NCBI GenBank assembly: GCA_017505415.1 | Contig: JAFVPG010000384.1 | Span: 1-50,052, forward strand | DNA from: Lentisphaeria bacterium | GTDB lineage: Bacteria > Verrucomicrobiota > Lentisphaeria > Victivallales > Victivallaceae | Length of the DNA: 50,052 bases | Reading direction: 5' to 3' | Translations under genes and position numbers: made by a program | Shown here: positions 18,315 through 28,084 of the stretch, one piece after another | How positions within the stretch are numbered: position 1 is the stretch's first letter | Layout of the letters: each line of letters opens with the position of its first letter | Notes under the pieces: model-generated | The model's database searches: none | Seen by the model: the letters and a program-made list of their open reading frames with translations, nothing else | What the model was told of the DNA's origin: nothing

Positions 18315-19670
18315 TTATTTTTTATTTACAGATTGTTTCTGGGATGCCATACGGCTGCGGATTTCTGCTTTTGCACGCCGTATATGCTGAACCAGCGGAC
18401 GGTGTGCGGGACAAATATATGCACAAGCACCGCATTCAATGCAATCCATAACATTATTATTCATTGCGAGGTCAAACTTTTCATTTTCAATTACCGTTCC
18501 GAGATAAGACGGATTTATATTCATCGGACATGCGTTCAAACATCTGCCGCAGCGGATACAGGGAGAAGAACTGTACTGCGTGACCTTTGAGGGAGGAAGC
18601 AGCACCAATCCGCCCGAATTTTTCTGAATAGATCCATTCAAAGACTTCTGGGCAAACCCCATCATCGGACCGCCGAGAATGATTTTGGCAGGTTCTTCAA
18701 CAATACCTTCGGCAAGTTCAAGAACTTTTACCAGTGGAGTTCCGATACGCAGTCTCCAGTTCCCCGGTGTTTTAACTGCCTCTCCGGTAACAGTTGTAAT
18801 GCGTTCAAAAAGAGGTTTCCCTTCAATTACAGCTTCTGCAATAGCAACGGCTGTGGCAACATTCTGAACAACAGCTCCTGCATCCATAGGCAGACCGCCT
18901 GCCGGAACTTTGCGTTTGGTAACGGCATAAATTATCTGTTTTTCCGCGCCCTGCGGATAACGCACATCAAGACCGATAATATCAATATTATACGGTTTAT
19001 TGTGTTCTATCAAAGTTTCGATGGCATCTACCTTATTCATTTCAACGCCGATATGTACATTTTCAATACCGAGAATACGCCCCATGATAGAAGCTCCGAT
19101 CAGAACTTTTTCGGGACATTCAAGCATCAAACGATGATCGGCAGTCAGATAAGGTTCACACTCTGCACCGTTAATGATAAGATCGGTTATCTTTTTGTCA
19201 GGAGGCACACTCAATTTGACCGAAGTCGGAAAAGCCGCACCGCCCATGCCGACAATACCGCAATCTGCAATACGCTGTTTCAAATCTTCAACAGCACACT
19301 CTTTCCAGTCTATACGGGGATAAAATTCACATGCTTCATCAAGCATATCACTTTTTAAAACCAGAGTTTCGACACAAATTCCCATGCCGCCCGGACATTT
19401 TTCAATTTTCTCAACAACACCGCTTGTCGGAGCATGAAGCGGCGCAGAGACAAAACCATCCGCTTCGGCGATTTTCTGACCTTTTTTGACAGTATCACCG
19501 ACATTGACCACCCATTTGGGAGCGGCACCGATATTCTGCTGGAGAGCTATATTGTAATATTCAAAAAGCGGAGCTGTTCTTATCGAAACATCTTTGCTCA
19601 ATTTTTTACCGTCATTTTCGGGATGTATACCGCCTCTGAAAGTGCTTATATTAAAAGGATACCTTGACAT
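18315..19670 (-). CDS. rnfC: Rnf complex subunit C
   Basis: 451 aa. GMGGAAFPTSVKL plus two ferredoxin motifs, CIRCGRCLNACP and CIECGACAYICP. Confidence 0.9.
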   Translation of the reverse strand: MSRYPFNISTFRGGIHPENDGKKLSKDVSIRTAPLFEYYNIALQQNIGAAPKWVVNVGDTVKKGQKIAEADGFVSAPLHAPTSGVVEKIEKCPGGMGICVETLVLKSDMLDEACEFYPRIDWKECAVEDLKQRIADCGIVGMGGAAFPTSVKLSVPPDKKITDLIINGAECEPYLTADHRLMLECPEKVLIGASIMGRILGIENVHIGVEMNKVDAIETLIEHNKPYNIDIIGLDVRYPQGAEKQIIYAVTKRKVPAGGLPMDAGAVVQNVATAVAIAEAVIEGKPLFERITTVTGEAVKTPGNWRLRIGTPLVKVLELAEGIVEEPAKIILGGPMMGFAQKSLNGSIQKNSGGLVLLPPSKVTQYSSSPCIRCGRCLNACPMNINPSYLGTVIENEKFDLAMNNNVMDCIECGACAYICPAHRPLVQHIRRAKAEIRSRMASQKQSVNKK

Positions 19671-20545
19671 TATTGAATCTCCTTTGTATTTTCATGATCG
19701 GGGTCATTGTGTTCAACTGCCAGATGCTCCGCCGCAGTCAAAAGACAATGAGCCGGACATTTGACACTTGCCGCCTCTTCAGCCGTCGGAAGTTGAGGCG
19801 CATCATAATCAACAGTACCTCTGAATCCTTCAACTTTGAACTTATCAGGAAATGCCTTTTCACATTTGCGGCATCCGATACAGGGAACATTGCAATATTG
19901 CCGTTTAAGCGGCGCTTTTTCAGGATTACTGCAATAAATATGCACTTGAGCATCAGCATTGACGAGTTTAATGAGTTTGCGGGGGCAAGCCATAACACAT
20001 TTGCCGCAGCCTACACAAAGTTCACCGTGAACCACAGCGAGACCATTGACTATTTCTATAGCACCGAAAGGACAGGTTCTGGCACAGCTGCCAAGTCCGA
20101 GACATCCATAAGCGCAACCTTTCGGACCGCCGGAAATCAAACTTGCTGAACGGCAATCATTTACACCATTATATAAAATTGGATTCCGTGTCTGATTTTT
20201 ATCTCCACCGCACAAAACAACGGCACATTTGCGGAAAGAAACATTATTTTCAATTCCCAGAGCCTGTGCGATAGCATTGACAGTTTCGCGGCTTGAAACC
20301 GGACATTGCCCGGGAGATAATTCTCCTGAAGCAACCGCTTTTGCAAAATCAGCACAACCGGCTTTGCCGCAACCGCCGCAATTCGCTCCGGGAAGAAGCT
20401 CAAGCACAAGTTCTGCACGGGAATCACTTTCAACTTTGAAAATTTTTGCCGCCACTGCTATGAGGATACCCAATACCAAACCGATACTGCCCATGGCAAG
20501 CGCCGCAAACACAACAGATGAATATTCTACCATAAAACCATTCAT
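19670..20545 (-). CDS. rnfB: Rnf complex subunit B (polyferredoxin)
   Basis: 291 aa. N-terminal TM helix, CGGCGKAGC motif, and several CxxCxxCxxxC(P) clusters. Confidence 0.85.
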   Translation of the reverse strand: MNGFMVEYSSVVFAALAMGSIGLVLGILIAVAAKIFKVESDSRAELVLELLPGANCGGCGKAGCADFAKAVASGELSPGQCPVSSRETVNAIAQALGIENNVSFRKCAVVLCGGDKNQTRNPILYNGVNDCRSASLISGGPKGCAYGCLGLGSCARTCPFGAIEIVNGLAVVHGELCVGCGKCVMACPRKLIKLVNADAQVHIYCSNPEKAPLKRQYCNVPCIGCRKCEKAFPDKFKVEGFRGTVDYDAPQLPTAEEAASVKCPAHCLLTAAEHLAVEHNDPDHENTKEIQ

Positions 20546-20557
20546 AAAAACACCTCA

Positions 20558-21157
20558 TCAGCAAAGACCGGCAAAGCCCATAAACGCCATTGCCAGAATA
20601 CCGGCAGTTATCAGCGCAATAGACATTCCCTGAAAAATTTTCGGAATCTGTGCCAGTTCAAGACGCTCTCTGATAGAAGCAAAAAGCACCAGTGCCAGAG
20701 CAAAACCGACACCGGAAAAAAATCCGAATACCGTCGACGGCAATACCTCTCTGGCACTCTGAGCATTGATAGCAGCCACTCCGAGAACGGCACAATTTGT
20801 AGTGATCAACGGCAGATAAATGCCCAATGCGCCATACAAGACAGGACTCAATTTCTGCAAAATGATTTCAACCAGCTGAACCAATCCTGCAATAATAACA
20901 ATAAAAAGCAGAATCTGCAAAAAACTCAAATCAACCTTGAATCCGGCGATCTCTTTTATTTGCAGCAAGTAATGATAAACCAAAGATGTGCAGAAAGATG
21001 CCAGTGTCATAACAAAAATAACTGCACCTCCCATCCCGAGGGCAGTCGATATTTTTTTCGATACCCCCAGAAAAGGACATATACCTAAAAAGCGGGACAA
21101 CACAAAGTTGTATACAAATACCGCTCCAACAGTCAATTCCAAATAATTTTCATTCAT
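20558..21157 (-). CDS. rnfA: Rnf complex subunit A
   Basis: 199 aa. NFVLSRFLGICPFLGVSKK...GMGGAVIFVMTLAS matches the RsxA/RnfA N-terminus. Confidence 0.9.
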   Translation of the reverse strand: MNENYLELTVGAVFVYNFVLSRFLGICPFLGVSKKISTALGMGGAVIFVMTLASFCTSLVYHYLLQIKEIAGFKVDLSFLQILLFIVIIAGLVQLVEIILQKLSPVLYGALGIYLPLITTNCAVLGVAAINAQSAREVLPSTVFGFFSGVGFALALVLFASIRERLELAQIPKIFQGMSIALITAGILAMAFMGFAGLC

Positions 21158-21602
21158 AAAAACACCCTGTTTTTTTCAAATTAAATAAATCTATATAAGA
21201 GACTGAATGTAATATACACTTAAAAATTGATTTGTCAAATAAAAATACCATGGTAAAATTTGCTTAAAAAATGTAAAAAATTATTCTTTGAAGCTGAAAT
21301 AGTAATTTTACAAAATTATCTTTTGCTGAAAAATAATTTACCAGAAAACAACTTTTTTTGAATTACTTTTCCGTACCCGCCTGTAAAATCATTAAAAACG
21401 ACTATGCAAAAAAATATGTATCCTGTTCTATATAAGGCAAAAAGAATATTTTCTGAAACAAGCTGCAAAAAAAAACGTTTTTTTTGTCAAAAAAAATTGC
21501 TTTTTGCGTATATCAGGTATATTTTATATATAAGGAAAGTATCTGTATTTATTTTCCAGATTCCGACTTTTATTATAAACACTTGAATATAAAGGACAAA
21601 AA

Positions 21603-22169
21603 ATGCTTAAAATTGCAAAAAATTTGTTGTGGGCAATCATGATTGCTTCTGTCGTGACCGGCTGCGGTTTATTTGATCAGGGCGGAGACGAAGAAACACC
21701 CGCTCCGATGGATGATCTTGAATCAACCGAAGTCGCCGCTGCTCCCGGAGACTGGTCAAGCAACGCCACCGACAAATCACTCGGCGACAGCCCCCTCAGC
21801 GATTATGAAGTCATTCCCAATCTGAACTTCCCGACCATCTATTTTGCTTATGACTCAAATGCACTCGCTCCATCTGAGACTGCAAAACTTGATAAAGTAG
21901 CAGAATATATCAACCGCTATGACAACCTTTACCTTATCATCGAAGGTCACTGTGACCAGCGCGGTACCGAAGAGTACAACCGTTCCCTCGGAGACCGCCG
22001 TGCCAACATGATTCGTGAATACCTTGTCAATGCAAATGTCAAAGCAGACAAACTCCGTGCCATTTCATACGGCAAAGACAAGCCCGCCGTCGAAGGCAAC
22101 ACAGAAGAAGCATGGGGCAAAAACCGCCGCGGCATGCTGCTCCCTGCCCGCAAAAAAGCAAATAAATAA
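21603..22169 (+). CDS. pal: Peptidoglycan-associated lipoprotein (OmpA family)
   Basis: 188 aa with lipobox VVTGCG. OmpA-like C-terminal domain: IYFAYDSNAL, IEGHCDQRGTEEYNRSLGDRRA and NRRG. Confidence 0.85.
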   Translation: MLKIAKNLLWAIMIASVVTGCGLFDQGGDEETPAPMDDLESTEVAAAPGDWSSNATDKSLGDSPLSDYEVIPNLNFPTIYFAYDSNALAPSETAKLDKVAEYINRYDNLYLIIEGHCDQRGTEEYNRSLGDRRANMIREYLVNANVKADKLRAISYGKDKPAVEGNTEEAWGKNRRGMLLPARKKANK

Positions 22170-22208
22170 TCAATAAACATCAAACTCAAATTTTTAGACT
22201 TTTATGTT

Positions 22209-22240
22209 GGATAGGGCTTGTTGCAGGTCCTATCTTTCAT
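22209..22240 (+). terminator. Weak terminator hairpin after pal
   Basis: Stem gatagg(gc) / (gt)cctatc at 22210-22217 / 22227-22234, followed by TTTCAT. Short stem and short U-tract. Confidence 0.35.
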
Positions 22241-22276
22241 ATTATGTAAAAAGTATCAAACCAAGAGGATTTTTAT

Positions 22277-23476
22277 ATGAGTAAGATTACTGCAAATCAC
22301 GTTTTCACCTCGGAATCAGTCTCCGAAGGTCACCCCGACAAAGTCGCTGATCAGATTTCAGATGCAATTCTGGATGCCTGTTTGAAACAGGACCCCGAAA
22401 GCCGTGTGGCATGCGAAACACTCTGCACCACTGATCTCATCGTCATCTCCGGCGAAATCACAACCAATGCAAAAGTAAACTGGCAGGAGATCGCCCTCAA
22501 CGTCGTCCGTGACATCGGTTACACCGATGAAAACGTCGGCTTCTCCGCAGACAATGCAAAAGTCATGGTCGCCATCCACAAACAGTCAGCAGACATTTCC
22601 CAGGGGGTTACAGAAGCCACCAATGCCACTCAGGAACAGGGGGCAGGAGATCAGGGAATGATGTTCGGTTATGCCTCCAATGAAACTGCTGAATTTATGC
22701 CCGCTCCCATCATCTATGCACACCGCATTGTAGAGAGACTGGCAGAACTCCGTCACACTCAACCGGAGAAATACAATTTCCTGCGTCCGGACTCAAAAAG
22801 TCAGGTCTCTGTTCACTACCAGAACGGCATTCCTCAACACATCGAATCTGTTGTTGTATCTCATCAGCACACACCTGATATGAAAATCGAAGATTTGACC
22901 GCTCTCGTCAAACAGGTGGTAAAAGAGGTCATCCCTGCAGAACTCATCAATGATGATATTGTTTATTATATCAATCCCACCGGACGTTTTGAAATCGGCG
23001 GTCCGCATGGCGATACCGGTTTGACCGGACGAAAAATCATCGTCGATACTTACGGCGGTGTCGGCTCTCACGGCGGCGGTGCATTTTCCGGTAAAGATCC
23101 ATCAAAAGTCGACCGTTCAGCCGCTTACATGTGCCGCTATATTGCAAAAAATATCGTTGGAGCCGGACTCGCTGCAAAATGCGAAATTCAAGTTGCTTAC
23201 GCAATCGGTGTTGCCGAACCTCTGAGCATCAATGTCGATACTTACGGGACCGGTAAACTCAAAAATGATGCCGATCTTGAGAAAGTCATACGCAAATGTT
23301 TCAACCTCAAGCCCAAAGCAATTATTGATACTCTCAAACTCAAATATCCCGGTAACGGCTGGTGCTATCGCGACAGTGCCGCTTACGGTCATTTCGGCAG
23401 AGATATTTTCCCGTGGGAAAAACTTGACAGAATCTCTGATTTGCAGAAAGCCGCAGAAGGTTTTGAATGTAGATAA
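22277..23476 (+). CDS. metK: S-adenosylmethionine synthase
   Basis: 399 aa. Motifs [54 protein letters not shown] and [19 protein letters not shown]. Confidence 0.95.
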   Translation: MSKITANHVFTSESVSEGHPDKVADQISDAILDACLKQDPESRVACETLCTTDLIVISGEITTNAKVNWQEIALNVVRDIGYTDENVGFSADNAKVMVAIHKQSADISQGVTEATNATQEQGAGDQGMMFGYASNETAEFMPAPIIYAHRIVERLAELRHTQPEKYNFLRPDSKSQVSVHYQNGIPQHIESVVVSHQHTPDMKIEDLTALVKQVVKEVIPAELINDDIVYYINPTGRFEIGGPHGDTGLTGRKIIVDTYGGVGSHGGGAFSGKDPSKVDRSAAYMCRYIAKNIVGAGLAAKCEIQVAYAIGVAEPLSINVDTYGTGKLKNDADLEKVIRKCFNLKPKAIIDTLKLKYPGNGWCYRDSAAYGHFGRDIFPWEKLDRISDLQKAAEGFECR

Positions 23477-23499
23477 GTCCTTGCAGCAAAGGAGATATT

Positions 23500-24480
23500 A
23501 TGCGTGAAATTTTTCTGCTCGGCTTCGGTGCGCCGCTGGTCGATATTCTCGTAAATGTCAATGACGACTTTATTGCCGCAAATGTCGGCGGCAAAGGCGG
23601 TATGGATCACTGGAGCATTGAACAGCAGCAAAAAATTCTGGAACTTGCCGGAAATGATATTCACATTGCCAATGGCGGTTCAGCCGGAAATACAGTAAAC
23701 TGCCTTGCCAACCTCGGCGCACCATGTGCCATGCTCGGCATGGTCGGCAGCGATGAGCTTGGCAGACGTTACAGCAGAGAATTATCAGAATGCGGCGGCA
23801 ATGCGGAATATATTTTTATTCACAGTGAACAGCCGACCGGACGCTGTATCTCTTTTGTTACTCCCGATTCGGAACGTACCATGCGTTCAAATCTCGGAGC
23901 ATCAAGTTTCGTCAGCAAAGAAGATATTGACAAAGTCGATTTCAGCCGGATCAAGATCGTTTATTTTGAAGGGTACAGACTTTTTGAGATGGAAAGTTTT
24001 GAATATGCGCTTGAAAAGGCACACCGGAACGGCTGTATGACCGCCATTGATTTTGCCTCTTTCAATGTAGTGGAACTTTTCCATGACAAACTGACTTCAT
24101 TGTATCAGAAAGGTGCATTTGATATGATTTTTGCCAATGAAGAAGAGGCAAAAGCATTTTTCGGTAACGATGAGCATGAAAAAAATATTGCTGAAGCAAT
24201 GAATTTTTGCAAAATAGCCGTTATCAAACTCGGCAAAGACGGCTCTCTTATCGGCAGAAACGGAAAAATCGACAGAATTGCCGTAACTCCGTGCAAAGCT
24301 GTCGATACCACAGGAGCGGGAGACTCATGGGCAGGCGGATTCTTTTACGGGCTGTACCGCAATTTTGATATGGGCAAATGCGGTGAAATCGCTTCAGCAG
24401 TCAGTGCAGAAATCGTTCAGGTCATTGGTGCGAAACTTCCTGATGAAACATGGAATAAATTGAAAACAGCATATAAATGA
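23500..24480 (+). CDS. PfkB-family kinase, probably adenosine kinase
   Basis: 326 aa. NGGSAGNT and DTTGAGDSWAGGFFYG are PfkB signatures. The position between metK and ahcY supports an adenosine-salvage role (inference). Confidence 0.7.
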   Translation: MREIFLLGFGAPLVDILVNVNDDFIAANVGGKGGMDHWSIEQQQKILELAGNDIHIANGGSAGNTVNCLANLGAPCAMLGMVGSDELGRRYSRELSECGGNAEYIFIHSEQPTGRCISFVTPDSERTMRSNLGASSFVSKEDIDKVDFSRIKIVYFEGYRLFEMESFEYALEKAHRNGCMTAIDFASFNVVELFHDKLTSLYQKGAFDMIFANEEEAKAFFGNDEHEKNIAEAMNFCKIAVIKLGKDGSLIGRNGKIDRIAVTPCKAVDTTGAGDSWAGGFFYGLYRNFDMGKCGEIASAVSAEIVQVIGAKLPDETWNKLKTAYK

Positions 24481-24492
24481 AGGAATAAAAAA

Positions 24493-25899
24493 ATGGATTA
24501 CAAAGTAAAAGATATTACCCTTGCCGACTTCGGCCGCAAGGAATTGGATATTGCAGAAGCAGAAATGCCCGGCTTGATGGCTCTGCGTGAAAAATACGGC
24601 AAAAGCAAACCTCTCGCAGGTATCAAAATTTCAGGCTCATTGCACATGACCGTTCAAACTGCCGTTCTGATTGAAACTCTGGCTGAACTCGGAGCAAATA
24701 TCCGTTGGGCAAGCTGTAATATTTTCTCAACTCAGGATCATGCCGCCGCCGCTATTGCCGCACGTGGCATTCCGGTTTTTGCCTGGAAAGGTGAAACACT
24801 GGAAGAGTACTGGGACTGTACTTACCGCATGCTGACTTATCCTGACGGCAGCGGTCCGGATCAGATAGTCGATGACGGCGGTGATGCGACTTTGCTCATC
24901 CACATGGGCGTTGAAGCAGAAGACAATCCCGCCATGCTCGATGAACCATCGGACAACAAAGAATTGCAGGTCATCAGAGATCTGCTGAAAAAAATCCAGA
25001 AAGAACGTCCCGGCCACTGGCACAAAGTCGCCGCAAAAGTCCGCGGAGTTTCTGAAGAGACCACTACCGGAGTCCATCGCCTTGAACAGATGGAAAAAAA
25101 TAATAAACTTCTCTTTCAGGCAGTCAATGTCAATGATGCCGTTACCAAAAGTAAATTCGACAACATCTACGGCTGCCGTCACTCTCTCCCCGATGGTATC
25201 AAACGTGCGCTGGACGTTATGATCGCAGGAAAAACTGTCATGATTTGCGGTTACGGTGACGTCGGCAAAGGCTGTGCTGAATCCATGCACAATGAACGTG
25301 CCAGAGTCCTTGTCAGTGAAGTCGATCCCATTTGCGCACTTCAGGCATGTATGGCAGGTTACAAAGTCTGCACCATTGAAGATGCCTTGAGTGAAGCTGA
25401 TATTTTCGTCACCTGCACTGGCAACTGCGACATAATCACTGCTGAACACATGGCAAAAATGAAAGATCAGGCAATCGTCTGCAATATCGGTCACTTTGAC
25501 AATGAAATCATGGTCGCCGACCTTGAAAAATATCCCGGTGTGACAAAAACAGAAATAAAAGGTTCTTTCTGCCCGGTTCACCGTTATACTTTTGCTGACG
25601 GACATTCCATTTATCTGCTTGCAGAGGGCAGACTGGTAAATCTCGGCTGTGCGACAGGACATCCGTCATTTGTCATGTCAACAAGTTTCTGCAATCAGAC
25701 ATTGGCGCATTTGGACATTGCAGCCAATCCCGACCGCAAAGTAGGCGTTTACCGCATCAGCAAAAAACTCGATGAAGAAGTCGCCCGTCTGCACCTTGCA
25801 AAACTGGGCGCAAAACTCAGCAAACTTACAGAAAAACAGGCGGCATATATCGGAGTGTCCGTTGACGGACCTTTCAAAAACGATTTGTACCGCTATTAA
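24493..25899 (+). CDS. ahcY: Adenosylhomocysteinase
   Basis: 468 aa. Motifs [52 protein letters not shown] and IGHFDNEI. Confidence 0.95.
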   Translation: MDYKVKDITLADFGRKELDIAEAEMPGLMALREKYGKSKPLAGIKISGSLHMTVQTAVLIETLAELGANIRWASCNIFSTQDHAAAAIAARGIPVFAWKGETLEEYWDCTYRMLTYPDGSGPDQIVDDGGDATLLIHMGVEAEDNPAMLDEPSDNKELQVIRDLLKKIQKERPGHWHKVAAKVRGVSEETTTGVHRLEQMEKNNKLLFQAVNVNDAVTKSKFDNIYGCRHSLPDGIKRALDVMIAGKTVMICGYGDVGKGCAESMHNERARVLVSEVDPICALQACMAGYKVCTIEDALSEADIFVTCTGNCDIITAEHMAKMKDQAIVCNIGHFDNEIMVADLEKYPGVTKTEIKGSFCPVHRYTFADGHSIYLLAEGRLVNLGCATGHPSFVMSTSFCNQTLAHLDIAANPDRKVGVYRISKKLDEEVARLHLAKLGAKLSKLTEKQAAYIGVSVDGPFKNDLYRY

Positions 25900-25920
25900 T
25901 AATCAGAAAAGAGGCGTATT

Positions 25921-27066
25921 TTGGAAAAAAGTACGGAAAAATGGATCGTTGAAGAAAAAGATTTTCTGCTGCCGGAGCCGTTGCTGCTTGATTGCGGCAA
26001 AACTCTGAACGGAGTCTCTCTTCGCTATGAGACATACGGCAAACTCAATGCAGACAAAAGCAATGCGATCATGGTATTTCATGCGCTCTCAGGAGATGCC
26101 CATATTTGCGGGTATCACAGTCCGGAAGATGCAAAACCCGGCTGGTGGAGCGACATGGTCGGTCCCGGCAAATACATTGATACGGACAAATATTTCGTTA
26201 TCTGTTCAAACGTTCTCGGCGGCTGTTCCGGTTCAACCGGTCCGCGTTCAATAAATCCCGATACCGGCAGAATGTACAACAGTGATTTCCCGGTTATCAC
26301 CATCCGGGATATGGTCCGGGCGCAGCATGCTCTCGTCAAATCTTTCGGGATTGAAAAACTGCTGGCTGTCGTCGGCGGTTCAATGGGCGGCATGCAGGCT
26401 CTCGAATGGGTGGTAAATTATCCGGAAATGGTCAGAAGTGCATTGCCGATCGCCACAACTACACAACTTTCAGCTCAGGGTATTGCATTCAACTGGGTCA
26501 GTCGTGAAGCAATCAAATATGATCCCAATTTCAAAAACGGGGAATATACTGCAGAAAACGTTCCTGATAAAGGACTTGCAACTGCACGCATGTTGGCACA
26601 TATCACTTATTTGAGTGATGAATCCATGGGCAGAAAATTCGGCAGAGGTCTGCAAAAAAGTGAAAATTATTCTTTCAATTTTGATTATGATTTTCAGGTT
26701 GAAAGTTATCTGGAACATCAGGGCCGCCGTTTTGTAGAGCGTTTTGATGCCAACAGTTATTTCTATATAACCAGAGCCATCGACTATTTTGATTTGGCAA
26801 GCCGTTACAAAGGCGATCTTGCCAAAGCATTTGCAAAAGTCAAAAGTTCATTTCTTGTCGTCTCCTTTACCAGTGACTGGCTTTTCCCCTCCTCACAATC
26901 AATAACATTGGTGCGGGCGCTTCTGAAAAATAAACTTGAAGTAACATACGTTGATATTGATTCAAGTTACGGTCATGATGCATTTTTGCTGGAATTTGAA
27001 ACTTTAGGGGCAATGGTGCGGGACTTCCTCGACAATGAATTCAAAAAAATATCGGAGAACAGCTAA
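25921..27066 (+). CDS. metX: Homoserine O-acetyltransferase
   Basis: 381 aa with a TTG start (AAGAGG upstream). Motifs HALSGDAH, the nucleophile elbow GGSMGGMQALEW, and C-terminal SYGHDAFL. Confidence 0.9.
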   Translation: MEKSTEKWIVEEKDFLLPEPLLLDCGKTLNGVSLRYETYGKLNADKSNAIMVFHALSGDAHICGYHSPEDAKPGWWSDMVGPGKYIDTDKYFVICSNVLGGCSGSTGPRSINPDTGRMYNSDFPVITIRDMVRAQHALVKSFGIEKLLAVVGGSMGGMQALEWVVNYPEMVRSALPIATTTQLSAQGIAFNWVSREAIKYDPNFKNGEYTAENVPDKGLATARMLAHITYLSDESMGRKFGRGLQKSENYSFNFDYDFQVESYLEHQGRRFVERFDANSYFYITRAIDYFDLASRYKGDLAKAFAKVKSSFLVVSFTSDWLFPSSQSITLVRALLKNKLEVTYVDIDSSYGHDAFLLEFETLGAMVRDFLDNEFKKISENS

Positions 27067-27067
27067 T

Positions 27068-27673
27068 ATGGATAACAGTTTTCTCAACACCCGCCGTGAC
27101 TTGCAGATCGTCAGCCGTCTGATAGAACCGGATTCAAGGATTCTCGACCTCGGCTGCGGAGACGGTTTGTTTCTTGCATATCTTAAAAAGAACAAAAATG
27201 CTTCTGTTCTCGGTCTGGAACTCGAACAGCAGCAGATCTGCAAATGCATTGCCAACGGAGTTCCTGTCATCCAGAGCAATCTCAACCGCAAACTGGATTT
27301 TGCAGATGACAAAAGTTTTGACTATGTTATCTTAAGTCATACTCTTCAGGAGCTTGAAAATCCGGCTCTGCTGTTGGAGGAAATCGTCCGTGTCGGCAAA
27401 AAAGCTGTTGTAAGTTTCATCAATTTCGGATATTTTCCGAATCGTTTGCAGCTGCTTTTTACCGGACGCATGCCGAGAAACAAATCTCTGCCGCATGAAT
27501 GGTATAATACTCCCAATATCCATCTCGGTACAATCGCCGATTTTCAACGTCTGTGTGCCGAAAAAAATATATGCATTGAAGAATCAATCGCACTCGGCAG
27601 CAACTGGGATGCACCATTCGGATTCGGTCACAATCTTTTTGCCCCCGGTTGTGTTTTCGTTTTAAGTTCATGA
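27068..27673 (+). CDS. metW: Methionine biosynthesis protein MetW
   Basis: Start at MDNSFLN (ATG 27068, 2 nt after the metX stop). ILDLGCGDG methyltransferase-fold motif. The metX-metW pairing is canonical. Confidence 0.85.
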   Translation: MDNSFLNTRRDLQIVSRLIEPDSRILDLGCGDGLFLAYLKKNKNASVLGLELEQQQICKCIANGVPVIQSNLNRKLDFADDKSFDYVILSHTLQELENPALLLEEIVRVGKKAVVSFINFGYFPNRLQLLFTGRMPRNKSLPHEWYNTPNIHLGTIADFQRLCAEKNICIEESIALGSNWDAPFGFGHNLFAPGCVFVLSS

Positions 27674-27684
27674 GGAAATAAACA

Positions 27685-28053
27685 ATGAAAATAAAAGCTG
27701 CAGAAATTTCATATCATCCTGATGCCTGTGAATTTGTGCGCGAAGCAGTAAATTATGCCATACGCAATGCAGGCGAAATGCGGCATGTTTCCGCCTTGGA
27801 ACTGCTGGAAAACTGCAAGCGTTTTGCTCAGGAAGAATACGGTTTTCTTGCCCGTAATGTGCTTGAAAGCTGGCAGATAAAATGTGCCGATGACATCGGA
27901 GATATTGTTTATTATCTTATTGAAAAAGGAAAATTGAGCGCATCGCCGGGAGATGCCAGAGAGGATTTTTCAGTTGATTTTGACCTGTTTGATGAAAATT
28001 CATTCCGTATAAAACCGGACATTGATTTGTCAAAACCGGTTATTGTCGATTGA
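27685..28053 (+). CDS. Small conserved hypothetical protein
   Basis: 122 aa with GAGGAA upstream. Acidic and soluble. It may belong to the small PVC-restricted Minf_1886-type family. That is from my recollection only and was not verified. Confidence 0.55.
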   Translation: MKIKAAEISYHPDACEFVREAVNYAIRNAGEMRHVSALELLENCKRFAQEEYGFLARNVLESWQIKCADDIGDIVYYLIEKGKLSASPGDAREDFSVDFDLFDENSFRIKPDIDLSKPVIVD

Positions 28054-28084
28054 TAAAAATTTCCGACCAATTATTGCAATGTCA

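Noticed and set aside
21404-21586. 60-aa ORF in the rnfA-pal spacer
   Set aside because: Lys/Phe/Ile-rich product of A/T tracts, with no RBS.
22170-22276. Possible SAM riboswitch in the metK leader
   Set aside because: Only one short hairpin (22210-22234), which fits better as the pal terminator. The leader is too short for SAM-I, and I could not build a convincing SAM-II/V pseudoknot (only a 4-bp CUUG/CAAG match to the RBS). An Infernal scan is needed to exclude it formally.
24727-25662. 311-aa minus-strand ORF inside ahcY
   Set aside because: Antisense to an unambiguous adenosylhomocysteinase. No start context or recognisable domain.
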